Shown here: positions 61,131 to 64,000 of the stretch, one piece after another
Layout of the letters: each line of letters begins with the position of its first letter
How positions within the stretch are numbered: position 1 is the stretch's first letter
Notes under the pieces: generated by a model
The model's database searches: none
Told to the model about the DNA's origin: nothing
The model's input: the letters and a program-made list of their open reading frames with translations, nothing else
Position numbers and translations under genes: made by a program
Virus record (IMG/VR): IMGVR_UViG_3300001346_000004
Length of the DNA: 64,000 bases
Strand: one strand, 5' to 3'
DNA from: an uncultured virus (IMG/VR IMGVR_UViG_3300001346_000004)
Taxonomy: Duplodnaviria; Heunggongvirae; Uroviricota; Caudoviricetes

Positions 61131-61460
61131 ATGGCAACAGGAAGATTAGGAGCAGTAGATTTAGGTGCGTTAGCGTACACTGATTTATACACAGTTCCGG
61201 CAGATACATTTGCAGTGGCTTCAATTAGCCTTGCTAATAGAACTAGTAGTGCTATTCAAGTTAGAGTAGCAATTACAACAACAGCAGGTCCAGGTGCACC
61301 AGCAAATAGCGAGTTTATCGAATACGGTACAAGCATTGCAGCAAATGGTGTGTTAGAAAGAACAGGACTTGTTTTAGACACAGGTAAAATTATTAGTATC
61401 TATGCTGCTACCGTTGGAATCAGCGCAGTGGCAATGGGTATTGAGACAGCAACTGTATAA
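61131..61460 (+). CDS. Small adaptor-like virion protein (family copy 3)
   Basis: Paralogue of 43149/46949; TAAATA at 61106-61111 upstream. Confidence 0.7.
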   Translation: MATGRLGAVDLGALAYTDLYTVPADTFAVASISLANRTSSAIQVRVAITTTAGPGAPANSEFIEYGTSIAANGVLERTGLVLDTGKIISIYAATVGISAVAMGIETATV

Positions 61461-61489
61461 TGATAGGTCGTAACTAAGAGGAAAACTAA

Positions 61490-62362
61490 ATGGCAAGAAA
61501 GATAACAACAGGTGAAGTTGGTGGTGCATTCGGTGGAATTAACATTACGAATACTACTATTAGCGCAGCACCAGGTCTAGACATTACTATTGATCCTCAA
61601 GGATCTGGTAGAGTTAACATACAAGCAAATACGCATTTAGGGTTACAATCAGATTTAAGATTTGGTGACTCAGATGATTCAAACTATGTTGCTTTTAAAG
61701 CACCTACAACTATTGCAAGTGATGTTACATGGACTTTACCAGCAGCAGATGCAGCAGTATCAGGATATGCTCTAGTATCAAACGGTAGTGGAGTGTTATC
61801 ATGGCAAGCAGCAGGTGCAACACACACTGACGAAACAGCAGCAAGTGCAACATATTACCCTGTTATCACAACACAAACTTCAGGGTTTCTAACAGTTACA
61901 GACGTATCAACAACAAAATTAGCATTCCAGCCAAGTACAGGAAAAATGACACTAGGTGGTAACACAGCGTCAACAAGTAAAACTACTGGAACATTAGTAG
62001 TAACAGGCGGCGTTGGAGTTTCAGGAGCAATGTATGTAGGTGGAGATATATATTCATATGCATCTTCAGACAAAAGACTAAAAGAAAACCTTGAAAAAAT
62101 TGATGGCAGTTTAGAAAAAATTGCAAAGATTTCAGGATACGAATATAACTGGAACAGTATTGCGCAAGAGATGCATCCAGAAAGAACAGAACGTGACTAC
62201 GGGGTTGTTGCCCAAGAAGTACAAGAAGTTCTTCCATCAGCAGTAGTAGAAAGAGAAGATGGATATCTTGCTGTAAATTATGAGAGAATTATTCCACTGC
62301 TAATAGAATCTATAAAAAGTTTAAAAGAAGAATTAGATATGATTAAACGAGGAGACGCATAA
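61490..62362 (+). CDS. Tail fibre with C-terminal intramolecular chaperone (peptidase S74)
   Basis: SSDKRLKENL autocleavage motif, GVVAQEV.EVLP.AV, VNYE.IIPLLIESIK. Confidence 0.85.
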   Translation: MARKITTGEVGGAFGGINITNTTISAAPGLDITIDPQGSGRVNIQANTHLGLQSDLRFGDSDDSNYVAFKAPTTIASDVTWTLPAADAAVSGYALVSNGSGVLSWQAAGATHTDETAASATYYPVITTQTSGFLTVTDVSTTKLAFQPSTGKMTLGGNTASTSKTTGTLVVTGGVGVSGAMYVGGDIYSYASSDKRLKENLEKIDGSLEKIAKISGYEYNWNSIAQEMHPERTERDYGVVAQEVQEVLPSAVVEREDGYLAVNYERIIPLLIESIKSLKEELDMIKRGDA

Positions 62363-63189
62363 TGCCAGTACAATTATCAGACAAAGGTATAGTTTATTCA
62401 AACAATCAACATCAATGTAAAATTGCCGAAGGTTACGAATTTTATGTATATGACGGCGATTGGTGGACACCATGTAATGGCGGAAGATGTTGTAGTTGGT
62501 CTGTACCAGCAGGAACTACATCAATTAAATTTGAAATACTATCAGGTGGAGGCCCAGGTGGCTCATCAGGTGGTGACTATGATAACGGAATTGGTGGACA
62601 GGGCGGAAACTACGCTGTAAAAACACTACAAAAATCAGTACACGGATTTAGCGATGGCACATCATACACAATTTGTGCTGCTGGATCTTCAGCATGTAGT
62701 TGTTGTTGTAGATGTAACGTAAACAACCGTCATGGTTGCAGAAGTTATGTTAATGGTACAGGTTTAAGTAATTTCTGTGCAACAGGCGGCATGGGCGGTC
62801 CTACAGTTTGGGATAAATCTTCAAACTGTTATAACTGTCATATTGGTAACGTTCAGTGTAACAGAGGTTTATATAACAGTAGTTGGCAAGCAAATGCATG
62901 TAACGAAGCAACTTATGGCGCTGATATGTCATTTAGAGGAACAGCAGGTTCAATGAACAGACAGTACAACTGTTGTGCTGATTACTTCTCGGTAGCAGGC
63001 GGCCCTTCAGGACCATTTGCAGCACCACACGGAGTAGGCGGCAAACACTGGTGTACAGGTAACTTGGCTTGTTGTTCAGCACACGCAGCATTTCCAGGCG
63101 GTGGTGGAGCAGGACACGGTACTGGTTCAAGTAATGCTTGTTGGGGATCATTCGGTGCAGGCGGATTAGTAAGAGTAACATACAGTTAA
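62362..63189 (+). CDS. Gly/Cys-rich adhesin-like tip protein
   Basis: W.VPAG...I.FE..SGGG.GG ... GGGG.G...G.GA.GLVRVTY glycine-rich domain; 22 Cys in 275 aa. Confidence 0.65.
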   Translation: MPVQLSDKGIVYSNNQHQCKIAEGYEFYVYDGDWWTPCNGGRCCSWSVPAGTTSIKFEILSGGGPGGSSGGDYDNGIGGQGGNYAVKTLQKSVHGFSDGTSYTICAAGSSACSCCCRCNVNNRHGCRSYVNGTGLSNFCATGGMGGPTVWDKSSNCYNCHIGNVQCNRGLYNSSWQANACNEATYGADMSFRGTAGSMNRQYNCCADYFSVAGGPSGPFAAPHGVGGKHWCTGNLACCSAHAAFPGGGGAGHGTGSSNACWGSFGAGGLVRVTYS

Positions 63190-63198
63190 GGATTAAAC

Positions 63199-63924
63199 AT
63201 GGCAAATATACAAAAAACACTAACTTACAGTTTACCAGATACTATGTATTCATCAACAACTGATCTGGGTAAAACTAGTACTATGCATTATAACGGTCCG
63301 GCAGAGATCGTACTATGGATTGATAAAGAAACAGGATACTTAGAACAGTGTCATTCACATGAAGAAGAGCCTGATTGTCCACTTCCACAAAACCTAAGAA
63401 GAGAAATATTAAAGGCAGATACTGATGTTAACACAATTAAAATTGCTTTATTGTGGGGCGGTATAGAAGAACCAAAAGTATACGAAGTAGCAGTTGGTCC
63501 TAGTGATCAACCAAACGCTATCATTCCTGATCCTACACACATTTGTGAAGTTTATAACGAATATGCATTATACGATGATTATAAAAAACCTTTAGAATGG
63601 GCACCGATGGATAGAGCAGCCTATGTTGAAGGTTGGGATTTCTTAAGACAAGAAAGAAATCTGCGATTAGCAAACACCGATGGCAAACTAGCAGAAGATA
63701 TGCCAGACTCATTAAAAACTCAATGGCGAGAATATAGACAAAAACTAAGAGATATGCCAGTAACGTGGGATGGAGTTCCTGGAAATTTGGTAAGATTTCC
63801 ATTAGCACCTGACGATGCTCCTGATCCAAACTTTAATGATGAAAATGTTAGAGTTACAATGATCGCTGAAAGAACTAGTGACGATGATGATGCTATTAGC
63901 ATGCTTCCAAACGGTGTAAATTAA
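63199..63924 (+). CDS. Tail fibre assembly chaperone-like protein
   Basis: LRQERNLRLANTD....D.P......W.EYRQKLRD.P motif. Confidence 0.75.
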   Translation: MANIQKTLTYSLPDTMYSSTTDLGKTSTMHYNGPAEIVLWIDKETGYLEQCHSHEEEPDCPLPQNLRREILKADTDVNTIKIALLWGGIEEPKVYEVAVGPSDQPNAIIPDPTHICEVYNEYALYDDYKKPLEWAPMDRAAYVEGWDFLRQERNLRLANTDGKLAEDMPDSLKTQWREYRQKLRDMPVTWDGVPGNLVRFPLAPDDAPDPNFNDENVRVTMIAERTSDDDDAISMLPNGVN

Positions 63925-63960
63925 ACTATTCACATTACTACCTTAGCATAAATCTATAAA

Positions 63961-63967
63961 ATAAATA
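63961..63967 (+). promoter_or_regulatory. Late promoter ATAAATA for a gene beyond the window
   Basis: Intergenic copy of the recurring motif. Confidence 0.45.
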
Positions 63968-64000
63968 TTATAACTACAGCATTTAGCAAAGGTTATAATA

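Noticed and set aside
61490..63924. Diversity-generating retroelement target in the tip genes
   Set aside because: No reverse transcriptase or template/variable repeat pair seen in this window
1..64000. Alternative genetic code
   Set aside because: Long genes are intact under the standard code, and TAA, TAG and TGA all terminate genes at sensible positions

Overview
The window is part of an AT-rich, T4-related (myovirus-like) large dsDNA phage genome and is almost entirely virion morphogenesis genes. Minus strand, 1-21708: a baseplate operon (tube-initiator-like, gp53-, hub-, gp5-, gp25- and gp6-like genes), ending in a giant gp7-like ORF of at least 3940 codons that runs off the left edge and is missing from the ORF track. 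Plus strand, 21804-26140: late sigma factor gp55, gp47/gp46 (Mre11/Rad50) and a stand-alone GIY-YIG nuclease. These are followed by a ~450-nt highly structured non-coding region and two putative internal virion proteins. Next come a gp26-like chaperone (minus), a tape measure protein, portal, a Maf/MptE-like gene, scaffolds, protease and major capsid. A long array of paralogous fibre/adaptor genes fills the rest. TAAATA late promoters recur throughout. Most notable: (1) a complete -1 ribosomal frameshift signal (slippery heptamer, 6-nt spacer, 9-bp hairpin) fusing the gp26-like gene to the next ORF, resembling lambda G/GT; (2) the structured RNA-like element directly behind the minimal GIY-YIG nuclease; (3) two structured late 5' leaders; (4) a possible virion-glycosylation system; (5) phycobiliprotein-like KCxRD repeats in a giant fibre. 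All family assignments come from motif recognition by eye; no database searches were run.
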